In this document: positions 21,283 through 31,105 of the stretch, piece after piece
Layout: each line of letters begins with the position of its first letter
How positions within the stretch are numbered: position 1 is the first letter of the stretch
NCBI GenBank assembly: GCA_002811645.1
Contig: PDIP01000078.1
Location: 1 to 64,000 of the forward strand
Reading direction: 5' to 3'
Length of the DNA: 64,000 bases
DNA from: Corallochytrium limacisporum Hawaii
Taxonomy: Eukaryota > Protista > Pluriformea
Translations under genes and position numbers: made by a program
The notes under the pieces: generated by a model
Told to the model about the DNA's origin: nothing
What the model saw: only the letters and a program-made list of their open reading frames with translations
The model's database searches: none

Positions 21283-22527
21283 ATGGGTAAGCCTGCGGTG
21301 GAATCAGCTGACGTGGTGGTCGTCGGTGGTGGTCTGGCGGGACTACAGTCTGCGAATCTCTTGCTTGAGAAGGGTCGCTCTGTGGTGATTCTGGAGTCAC
21401 GGGACAGACTGGGGGGCAGGATCCACTCATTATCCCATGGATCCAGTAATTGCATCGAACTCGGTCCAGCCTGGGTCTTTCCGGGGCACCGTAGAATGGA
21501 AGCGTTGGTCAAGGAAGCAGGGGGAGAATTGTTTCCTCAGTATGCCTCTGGGCGAATGCAGTTCGTAGCCCCCGATGGAATGGTTCAGCATCGCCCAGGC
21601 GGGGCGATGGGCGGGGCCAATCGTGCTTCGAATGGTCTGTCATCTGTAATTCGGCTCCTGGAGCAGCGGATCCGTGCCTACGATGGTGACTGTGACAGTG
21701 GACAGACCGGAGAAATCCGGCTTGGGACCAACGTGACCAAAATTGAGCGGATCGAGGAGTCTAAGACAGTGACTGGGGGCGACCACGCACGGGTACTGAT
21801 TGAGGGATCTAACGGCCTTGCAATCACGGCCCGAGCGGTGGTACTCACGGGACCCCCGCGCCTATACGCTCAAACTGTTGAATTCTTGCCTCCCCTTCCT
21901 GCTGAAGTGAAGAATGTCATGCTTGAAACGTCAACTTGGATGGGTCAGGCGGCGAAGGTGATTCTCTACTATGACTGTGGCCCTTTCTGGCGCCATGCGA
22001 GTCCACCTTTAACCGGAGACATCACCTTTTTTGCAGATGATGAACCCGTCGCTCAGTTCCATGATCATTCACCACCATCGGTGCGCAGCACTGACACCGC
22101 AGAGGGTGTGCGGGACTTTGATGCAGCGGGTAATCCGGTGCCGGGAGTGTTGTTCGGATGGCTCAATGAAAATCCGGCCTTTCGGGTCGATCCTGTGTCA
22201 TCAGATGACACTAGCTTTGCGAGGATCCGAGACGGTGCAGTGCGACAAGCGGTCATGGCACTGGGTGAGCAGGCGGCACATCCGTCCCTGGTCAAGGTGC
22301 ATGACTGGTACAACGATCCCCATACGACACATCCCGACGACGCATTGGAACCGGTTATGGCGCATCCGCGCTATGGCCCGGCCGCGCTTTCGGATCCTGC
22401 ACGCCTTGGAGAGGAATGGGAAGGCGTCTTGCACCTCGCCGGCACAGAAATCAGCCCTGATGACGGTGGGTTCATGGAAGGGGCACTGATCAGCGCCGAA
22501 CGAGTGGCGAAACGGTTCCGTTCCTGA
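21283..22527 (+). CDS. FAD-dependent amine oxidase (flavin monoamine oxidase family, bacterial-like)
   Basis: Start placed at ATG 21283 (gccATGg); the ORF track starts at an upstream TTG. VVGGGLAG...ESRDRLGGR, ELGPAWVFP, TWMGQAAK, LAGTE...GFMEGAL. Confidence 0.88.
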   Translation: MGKPAVESADVVVVGGGLAGLQSANLLLEKGRSVVILESRDRLGGRIHSLSHGSSNCIELGPAWVFPGHRRMEALVKEAGGELFPQYASGRMQFVAPDGMVQHRPGGAMGGANRASNGLSSVIRLLEQRIRAYDGDCDSGQTGEIRLGTNVTKIERIEESKTVTGGDHARVLIEGSNGLAITARAVVLTGPPRLYAQTVEFLPPLPAEVKNVMLETSTWMGQAAKVILYYDCGPFWRHASPPLTGDITFFADDEPVAQFHDHSPPSVRSTDTAEGVRDFDAAGNPVPGVLFGWLNENPAFRVDPVSSDDTSFARIRDGAVRQAVMALGEQAAHPSLVKVHDWYNDPHTTHPDDALEPVMAHPRYGPAALSDPARLGEEWEGVLHLAGTEISPDDGGFMEGALISAERVAKRFRS

Positions 22528-22970
22528 ACTTATCTGAAATGATCATCTAAAATTGGACGTGTAAGAAAATCATCCAAAGAAATTAAAGAAATATTTGTGT
22601 ATCATCACATGGCCATAGAACATGACTAACTGGAATGGATTGCCTACCCACATATGAGTCCTCGTCAACTGCAGAGCCTTATCGAAACGAAATGATCAAT
22701 GACCATCAGAGGCTATCGCAATCTTCCTACACCACTGGCCAATACGTTTCGGTCCAGATTGCGCACTTGGTGCAGCAGGTTCTTGTGGTGCCCCTGGTAC
22801 ATGCCCTTCCTTTGTCACACCCGCTCCCTTGGTGTGTGATTCCCAGGAAGGCCTCGGGTTCGGTCCATAGCAGCAGAGCGACCGAATGAATTATGGCGTG
22901 GCTTCCGTGGGTCCGCAAAGCTCTCGCTAGTTCCTTCTTGAGCACAAGCATACTGTGATAGTTTGATAGT

Positions 22971-22991
22971 TCTCTCTCACTCACTCACTCA

Positions 22992-23045
<54 letters not shown>
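22971..23045. repeat. Compound microsatellite (TC)n-(TCAC)n-(CA)n
   Basis: Direct reading; about 25 CA units. Confidence 0.95.
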
Positions 23046-23047
<2 letters not shown>

Positions 23048-24188
23048 GCCCTGCAGTTCTTGTGGTCTTGGACCTCTATCGCAGCATCACGGGTCCCGGC
23101 CCTTCGCTCCCCTTTCCCGGGACCCTGCCTGGTCTCGGCGGCTTGCGTAGACTTTGTGGCGAAGAACCGTCCCCTTTGACACCTCACACACACACACACA
23201 CGCACAGGTGAAAGAGCCTGGTGGGTGGGGGGGGGTCACACAAGGCAGGGTCAAACATCAACACAAGTGAAACCTACCGATTGCCGTAGTACTAAACCTA
23301 TGGAAAGGCAGGCCAGGAAGACATCCGGAACCCCGCCCCCCGGGGGGGGGAGAAGAGGGGGGGGGCTTCCCTCCTTGACTGTCTTTTTCTTTGGTGCCGC
23401 TCTCCTTTGCGCCCCCCCGGGGGGGGGTGGGTGGGTCGGCACCCAGGAGACGAATATGCAGCGGCCCGCAGTTATGAATGTATGGAAAAGGTGGCCTCGA
23501 CCCGCCAATTCTTTTTTCATTCTTCCCGCGGGACTGGAGGAGAGAAGGGGGGCGGGGGAGATTTAGTTTGCGTCCGTGCTGTCCCAAATAGCGCCGCCGG
23601 GTAGTTCTGTGCCGGGAGACAAAAAAGAAAAAGGCCAAGAACGTAAAAAGGAAGAAAAAAAAAAAAGAAGAAGGGCGAAGTGAAATGGGCAGACGACCAA
23701 CCGCCCTTGGCTCGCTCACTGGAGAAGGGCCAGCCAAAAGAAAGGGAAGGGAAGGGGGGGGGGTACGCCGAAGACTTTTCGTGTTTGTGCTCTGGCGGCG
23801 AGGGTCGAGACCTTCGCCAATTGCGTTGCCGGTCCGAGCGCCGGTCCTTGACCTGGTTTCCTTGAGCCCCGCGGGTCTGCAGCAAGGTATGCATTGACTG
23901 TTGGCCTCTGTCTTTGAGCTTCTTTTGTCTGTGCTTTGCTTTGCACGGTGGTGTCCAACGACATCCCCGAAGGCCGCCGAATGGTACTAGGGAAGAGTTG
24001 GGGAGAGCTTAAACTGCTGATGGACCCGCATAACCTAGGCTTTGCCACCAAAACCTGTGACGTTCCGTAGCATTCTGAAAACGAGTTGGTGGTCTTCGCG
24101 TACGAATGGGATAGGATACATGGAACGCTAGCGAAACCGCTCAATTTAAACCGAATATCCCGCCCCCAAAAGAAAACAGTACTTCGCG

Positions 24189-27044
24189 ATGGCTGGAATT
24201 ACCCGCCAGGATGTAGAAGCATGGTTACGGGACCACCCCGAGGAGACTGAAGATGTGATCAGCAATATTGGGTTGAGGTCGCAGCTGAACCGTGCTGCAT
24301 CGAATGTCGGTGCCGGAAGGAGTCCCATGGCGGGCCGGCAGGTAGGTGGTCGTTCCGATGCGTGGAGCGCGGGAATTAACCTTACCGGTGTCGCACAGGA
24401 CGTGAGCTCGCAGGGCCGCCTGACGACCGACAAATCCAGTCGCGGGTCCAATGAGGACTTGATAAGTCATTTTGGGGCCGTCACACCGGAAGTGCAGACC
24501 GACATTCGGCGCACTGCTGGCCTTACAGAGACGGCCAAGGACATGCTCCTCGATGTCATTAGTGACATTACCGATGAATTAATCCTCACGCAGCTGATTA
24601 GCAAGATCTTCAAGAACTGTCTGCGCTTGGTGGCCTGCGAACGGTGCAGTGTCTTCCTGGTCGAGGCTGGCTCAAAGATGCTCGTGTCCCGCGTCTTTGA
24701 TCTGACGGAAGACTCCAATGACATTGTGAACGACAACATCAGACCCAATCACACCGTGCGTGTGCCGATTGGCCAGGGAGTGATTGGCTACTGTGCGAGC
24801 AAGGGTGTAATGGTAAACGTACCGGATGCCTACCAAGACGATCGTTTCAATCGGGCCGTGGATGAGGAGACGGGTTTCAAAACCCATACACTGCTCTCTG
24901 CACCCATCCGCCACGCGGATGGTCAGGTTATTGGTGTTGCTACCCTTGTCAACAAGACGCCAGTCGCTGAGACATTCACTGAGGAGGACGAAGAAATCTT
25001 TGAGTTCTATCTGCGCTTCTGCGGTGTTGCTATTCGCAACGCACAGATTTTCCAGATGGTAAGCAACGCCATCAACCGCAGCAACGCCTTGCAGACCATG
25101 GCCAAGAATATCATGACCGAGACCAATATGAATAAGCTACTGGATACCATCATGAGCAACAGTGCCGATCTGGTCGGTGCGGACCGGGCCAGTGTGTTCC
25201 TGTTGGACGATGAGAGGGGTGAGCTCTATGCTCGAATCTTCAGCGTGCGCAAGGACGGCAAACTAAACGACTGGGAGGCAGCCGCAGACGGTCCGACCGA
25301 GGTGCGCTTCCCAATGAACAAGGGCATCGCCGGTGCGGTAGCCACCACGGGACAGCGATTGAACATTGCGAATGCGTACCAGGACGAGCGGTTCAACGCA
25401 GACGTCGACAAGAAGACCGGTTACCAGACAAAGAGCATACTTTGTGTACCCATTACGAACCGGGACCACAAAGTTATAGGTGTCGCCCAGCTGGTGAACA
25501 AGGTTGACGACAACAACAACATTTTAGAGTTCGACGCCGAGGATGAGAGTATTCTCAGTGGGTTTGCAATCTACTGCGGTTTGGCCATTCACAATGCCAC
25601 AACCATGCAGGAACTGGGACGTGAATTGGCCCGTGGTGAGGTCGCAGAGGAACAGATCCAATACTACGCTCAAAGCGACCAAAAGGACTTGGACCGTATC
25701 GCCCGCACCGAGATTCACGAGGACCAGTACCCGTCGATCCATGGGTTTGCCCTGGAGACGCGATCTCTAACCGCGAACCAGCAAGTCAAGTTCGCCATGC
25801 GCACGGTTGACAACCTCGGCTTTACGGCAAAGTTCCAGGTTCCTCCCACCGTCCTGGCGCGCTTCTTCCTGGCCGTCATGAAGAACTACCGCAATGTTAC
25901 CTACCACAATTGGAGCCATGGCTTCAGTGTGGGTCACTTCATGTACGCCACGATCAGGAACGGAGGCACGTGCTACCCCGGGTTCAGTGACCTCGAGCGG
26001 TTTGCCCTGCTTATTGCCGCCTACTGCCACGACATGGACCACCGAGGCACCAACAATGCCTACCAACTCGCCGCCAACACCCCGCTTTCCCAGCTCTACC
26101 CCACGAATATCATGGAACGCCACCACGTCAATATGACGATGAGTATTCTGCGCCACGATGACATGGACATATTCTGCGGACTGAACGAAGCCGACCGCAA
26201 GCAGGCCCTGCAGATTGTGGAAGAGGCGATCCTTGCCACCGACCTGGCCAACTACTTCAAGAACCGAGGCAAGGTGCAGGAGATGATCACGGCCAAAGAA
26301 CTAGACCTGGGTAATGCGGAGCATCGTCGTCTGTTCCGAGGTATGCTCATGCCAGCCTGTGACCTGGGTGAGGTTGCCAAACCATTCCCGATCCAACGCA
26401 GCGTCGCAGAGGTAGTGTACACGGAGTTCTTCGAGCAGGGTGACCTTGAGAAAGAAATGGGCAAGACTCCCATGGACATCATGAATCGTGATAAGGTACG
26501 AGAGGTGCCCAAGATGCAGTTGGGATTTATTGACTTTGTATGTCGTCCATTGTACAAATTGTTGAGCGACTACGACAATACGGTGTTCGGGTGCCTCGTC
26601 GAACGTGTTGACGAGAACCGCCGACTTTGGGAGGACATGCTTGGTGATCCGTACCGCTGGACCACAGAGGAAAAGAACCCGAACGCGGTGGCTGGTGCGA
26701 CATCTGCTATTCGCACTGATTCAAGGGATACTGTCTACAAGTCTGGACGAGCCAGTACCTTCGAGCAGCAGACTGACGATCAACAACGCGGTGGCAATGT
26801 GAACACCGGCTCGGAAAGTGTGCCCATGGAAGTTGACCTGGCATCCAAAGTCCGCATGGTTGACTCCACCTCGGAGGGCCTTGGTACGCGTGCTAAGAAG
26901 AGTCGTGTTGCACCGGCGTCACCGCCAACGTCTGCAGTCGTCGAGAGTGACAGCAGAGAAGGTCAGACATCAGCAGCAGATCAACAGGCGGAAAAGAAAC
27001 GGTCGTCATTCACGTCCAAGCTCAAGAAAAAGGTCAGTAGATGA
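24189..27044 (+). CDS. Class I cyclic-nucleotide phosphodiesterase with tandem GAF domains (PDE5/6/10/11-like)
   Basis: 951 aa; N-terminal VEAWLRDHPE; two GAF domains with NK...F...DE motifs; catalytic YHNWSHG, HDMDHRGTNN, ERHH, ATDL, ACDL, EFFEQGD, QLGFI. Confidence 0.95.
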   Translation: MAGITRQDVEAWLRDHPEETEDVISNIGLRSQLNRAASNVGAGRSPMAGRQVGGRSDAWSAGINLTGVAQDVSSQGRLTTDKSSRGSNEDLISHFGAVTPEVQTDIRRTAGLTETAKDMLLDVISDITDELILTQLISKIFKNCLRLVACERCSVFLVEAGSKMLVSRVFDLTEDSNDIVNDNIRPNHTVRVPIGQGVIGYCASKGVMVNVPDAYQDDRFNRAVDEETGFKTHTLLSAPIRHADGQVIGVATLVNKTPVAETFTEEDEEIFEFYLRFCGVAIRNAQIFQMVSNAINRSNALQTMAKNIMTETNMNKLLDTIMSNSADLVGADRASVFLLDDERGELYARIFSVRKDGKLNDWEAAADGPTEVRFPMNKGIAGAVATTGQRLNIANAYQDERFNADVDKKTGYQTKSILCVPITNRDHKVIGVAQLVNKVDDNNNILEFDAEDESILSGFAIYCGLAIHNATTMQELGRELARGEVAEEQIQYYAQSDQKDLDRIARTEIHEDQYPSIHGFALETRSLTANQQVKFAMRTVDNLGFTAKFQVPPTVLARFFLAVMKNYRNVTYHNWSHGFSVGHFMYATIRNGGTCYPGFSDLERFALLIAAYCHDMDHRGTNNAYQLAANTPLSQLYPTNIMERHHVNMTMSILRHDDMDIFCGLNEADRKQALQIVEEAILATDLANYFKNRGKVQEMITAKELDLGNAEHRRLFRGMLMPACDLGEVAKPFPIQRSVAEVVYTEFFEQGDLEKEMGKTPMDIMNRDKVREVPKMQLGFIDFVCRPLYKLLSDYDNTVFGCLVERVDENRRLWEDMLGDPYRWTTEEKNPNAVAGATSAIRTDSRDTVYKSGRASTFEQQTDDQQRGGNVNTGSESVPMEVDLASKVRMVDSTSEGLGTRAKKSRVAPASPPTSAVVESDSREGQTSAADQQAEKKRSSFTSKLKKKVSR

Positions 27045-27320
27045 TTTGCAGATGAATCAAATTGCAGTGGTGTTACAATACACTTATCAAAACAAGAAAT
27101 AAGACAAAACATCCGCGCGTTCATATTCTCACCATGCATGCCGAGGAGACACCAAGGGCAGCTAACTTTCGCATGGCATGTATCGCTTAGACTCTATGTT
27201 ACAATTTATTGTGTGGTATTGTTTTCCCCCGGTTCCTTTCGGACTCGTTCGGGGCCCTTCCTCATGATTTCTACACAAGGGTACGCACATCCCGACGGTC
27301 GCCAAGTTGCATTCCCCGAA

Positions 27321-27881
27321 TCAGTGCACAACAATCACGGGGCACTTGCAGTGGTGTAATACGTAGGAGCTCACTGATCCCAGCACAAGGGTCTTAAGTA
27401 TGCCGCGGCCCCGGGTGCCCAAGATGACGTAGTCTGCTGGCAGCTGTTCGGCGGTCTCAACCACTGCCTCCTTGACTTCGTTGGAGGCCACGATGAGATC
27501 ATGCATGACGTCTGGTGCCATTCCCCAGCGCATAACTAGCCGTTCCTTGGCGGCATTGATCAGATCCTTTCCACTCGAACTGTGCTCCTGCCGCTCATGC
27601 GACACCGACTGATCGTCCGATAGCCGCGTGCGGTGCGTGTGGGGGACAACAGCAAGAATGTAAGCCATATCCCCACGTGCCGGTACGAGAAGGTCACCGA
27701 GAATATCCAGGGCCCGCTCCGAGCTCTCGCTGCCATCGCAGGCGACCAAAAACTTGCGTTTATGGCCCGCGTCCTCGGGTTTGCGGTCCGGGTCGCTCAG
27801 GGACAGATGCCGTCTGGCTGATGCGCCGCTGACCTTGAGCTGAGGGGCAACTTTGTGCCCGTCTTTGTGATGACTGTTCAT
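27321..27881 (-). CDS. Universal stress protein (UspA-like, ATP-binding type)
   Basis: 186 aa; LVACDGSESS; G-2x-G-9x-GS motif GTRGRGILKTLVLGS; YVLHHCKCPVIVV. Confidence 0.92.
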   Translation of the reverse strand: MNSHHKDGHKVAPQLKVSGASARRHLSLSDPDRKPEDAGHKRKFLVACDGSESSERALDILGDLLVPARGDMAYILAVVPHTHRTRLSDDQSVSHERQEHSSSGKDLINAAKERLVMRWGMAPDVMHDLIVASNEVKEAVVETAEQLPADYVILGTRGRGILKTLVLGSVSSYVLHHCKCPVIVVH

Positions 27882-28366
27882 GCTGGCTGGAGTGTTTTGG
27901 CTTGTACAATGTGTTGCCCGGAGTTTCTGTTTTGTTCCTCTACGCCTGACAACGGAATTCGACTATGTCACGTTCACAATCATTTCCCTACTTTATCCTT
28001 TGTTTCTCTATCTTTGTTGGTCAATCCTCGTTTGTGTTTTGCTTTGAAGCCGTACGTTGTGTTGCCATTGACTGGTACGCTGTATATCTTTATAACTACC
28101 TGTTACATTGCAGGTGCTTGACCTAATCCAACACTGTGACCCAAAATACCATTCACCAACTCTATCATCATCACCATCATCATCCTTTTCGTTTGGCCAT
28201 GATCAGGGACGTGAAAGCAAATAATGGCACTGTGAAGTTTGGTAGGAGTGATAAGACGAAGAAAAGAACAGAAAAAACCCGCCAAACAAGCCGCTTGCAC
28301 CCCGCGGTTTTTTTGTTTCCCCCGTTATTTTAACCGATCGTCCTCCATCTCCCAGTTTTCATCATC

Positions 28367-28464
28367 CCATCCTTCCCTCCATCCATCCATCAATCCATCC
28401 ATCCATCCATCCATCCATCAATCCTTCCATCCATCCTTCCCTCCATCCTTCCCTCCATCCTTCC
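28367..28464. repeat. Degenerate (ATCC)n tetranucleotide microsatellite
   Basis: Run of atcc/ttcc/ctcc units. Confidence 0.85.
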
Positions 28465-30706
28465 TGCTTTGCCTTATCCTCCCTCAAACGCCTCACTCCC
28501 CCTCCCCCCCCTCCCCTCGGGGGGCGGGTTGGGTTGGGTTGGGTATATTACGCCCGTTTCGTTCCTTATGTCCGTGGTACGGGGTAAAAAGTGTGCGCGC
28601 CCTCCGCTCAGGCGCGTTTGACCCCGGCTCGCCCGGGCAAAAGGGGAAGAGGGGGGGGGGGGGGAATTTCTTTACCACCTCCCTCTTTCTTAATTTTTTC
28701 TTTGTTCTTTATATTTTTTGGCCCCAAAGATTTAGGTACTCACCCGACCGACCCAACCAAACCAACAACCATCGCCCGCCCCGTGGAAAGGTGGGGGCCG
28801 GGGGCCCATGGGCCCTGCCCGTCCGGCCTGGGGGGGGGCTTAGGGAGGGGTGGTGTGATAAAATGGCGGCGGGTTCTTTTGTTTTTTTTTTCCTTTTTCT
28901 TTTTGAGTTTGTTTTTTAAAACAAAAAAAATAAAGACATCTTTGGTCTCTCTCTTCTCTCAAAAAAAAAAAATGAAAATGAAAAATGCCAAGAATAATAT
29001 TCCGCATCACATGCAAAGGAACGGCGGCACGCAAACCGGGTCTGACGATGCCTTTTATATACAAAAAGAAAGAAAGTGGCAAGGGCGTGATCATCCGGAC
29101 CTTCACGCTTCCTCGGCGAAGAAAGAGAGAGAGAGAGAGAGAGAGAAGGGCCGGGTGCGTGAAGGGAGGGGACGATGGAAAACGACAGAGGGGGGGGGGG
29201 GTTGTCTGCGTACAGAACTTCCCCAGGCGGGAAACCACCGGGAGCAAAATTTTCTCTTCCTTTTTTTTTTCTCTTTGGGGGGCCCTGGCTGCCCTCCACG
29301 GCTTCGCTCAATGCTCTCTCTGCTCTCTCTGCTCTCTCTCTCTCTGCCTGTGAGAGAGCGGGGTCTATAAAGGAAGGAAGGAACGAAAGAAAGAAAGAAA
29401 AGAAAGAAAGAAAGAAGGAAGAACAGGCTCCTGGTTTCCAATAGCCTTTGAGTACCACTGCTGTTGAATAGACTTTAGGCAAAAGAAAAATGGGACAAAG
29501 AGACAAAATTTGGAACAGAAAGAGAGGAAGGAAAAAGTTGGACAAAGAAAAGGGGGAGAGAGAGCCGGACAACAGAGAGGCATGGATAGAAAATGGTAGC
29601 CGAGAGGTACTTCCCTCATGGACGATGTCAGAAACACCAGCACATGCAGCACAAAGCATGGTTGACCCCAGGAGCAGTTGATTGGGGGGGGGGTTCTGCG
29701 TGTGCGTGTGCGTGTGCCTGTGTGTCCTCTGGGAGTGTGTTGCCAAAACGATCCCGAAGTGGTGGTGGTGGTGGGTGGTCGGGATGGTGGTGGATGGGGT
29801 TTCCGGGGAGGAACGACCGATGGGTGTCCGTCCTTTGTTGCCGATGTCTGTGTGTGGCAGCCGAGCCAATGGCCAAACGGCTGCACTCAGCAACCATTGG
29901 TTCTCCTGCACCCCCTTCGCGGGGGGGGGGGGACCCAGCAACCCGTTTTCTTTGAAACCATCCTCGCTGTCCTTGTGTCTGGTTCTTGGCTATTCGAATG
30001 CCCAACGATCATCGGTCCGGTATCGCGGTGGTCCAGACGGGAATGAATCTCTCTAACCCGGAACCCCCTACACGACAGAACAAACCAAAACGACAAAACA
30101 CAGCGCAGAGCGACACAGTGTCCCTTGTGTTCCGTGTCACACACATTTCGTTCTCATTCTCTCTCTATGCGTTCCTTGTCTCCGCAGAACCGGCCTGCCA
30201 CCCGTTCGTCGGCAATTCACTCGCACTCCACTTCACGCGTGACCACCACGCACTGCACGCAATAGGGCCCACGAAGCGATAGGCACGCCGACCACACACA
30301 CACACACACACGCTCTCTGTCTGTCTCTCTCTCCCTATTCTCTCCCTCTTGCCCCACTCCAACCGTCCCTCCCGCGCAAGAGAGGGATTTTTCTCCTTTT
30401 TTTTTCTTTTCTTTTTTTCTTTCGGGGTTGCTTTGGGTTCTTTTGTTGCTTTTTGATTTTTCCATCGTTTCGTCGCAGCTTCTTCTTCCCTTCCCTTCCC
30501 CCCTCCCCAAAGCTCGGTCACTTGCCCTTATTCGGCCCCCCCCGGGGAGAAGAGGGGCGGGATCGGGTTCCCCGCCCCGGGGGAATGATGGTTGGGGGGG
30601 GGGGGGGGGNNNNNNNNNNNNNNNNNNNNNNNNNNNNNNNNNNNNNCTTGTTTTGCCGTTTGTATTTTGCTCTCTGTCTCTCTCTCCCTCTGTACCTCCC
30701 CGTCGG

Positions 30707-30738
<32 letters not shown>

Positions 30739-31105
30739 GCCGTCTGTGTGTCTTCGTGTTCTGTGTGTGTGAGTGCTGCAGGCGTGGATTATTTGCTTGG
30801 ATTCTGTTCACATAGTGTCCTCCTTTCTTGTGTGGGTTCAGCAGTGATCAACGCTCGTTGCAACAGAGGCGGTAGAAGGAGGTACCTCAGACGCATACCC
30901 TGGCCCAATACCAATCCTACGGCATACATAGTATACACATTTGTTTGGCATCAAACACAGCATGAAAGAGAACTCGTGTGCAATCTCTTCTTCAAGTGTG
31001 AACCAACAATGCAAGCAACCATGGGGACGTAAATGAAGAAAAAAGAACACACCGTGGAGTAATGATCGGTAGGACTTAGATAGTCGATTAGTTTTGAGTA
31101 ACGTC

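Noticed and set aside
23887-24179. Possible 5' UTR intron of the PDE (AAG|GTATGC...ACAG)
   Set aside because: No clear branch point or pyrimidine tract; not supportable without transcripts.
14241-27044. Apparent neurotransmitter-themed neighbourhood (CHT1, amine oxidase, PDE)
   Set aside because: No shared pathway, an unrelated gene lies between them, and the oxidase is not MAO-A/B-like; probably chance.
28239-30815. Long ORFs (up to 341 aa) between USP and SPIRE
   Set aside because: Translations of microsatellites and homopolymers in probably low-quality sequence.
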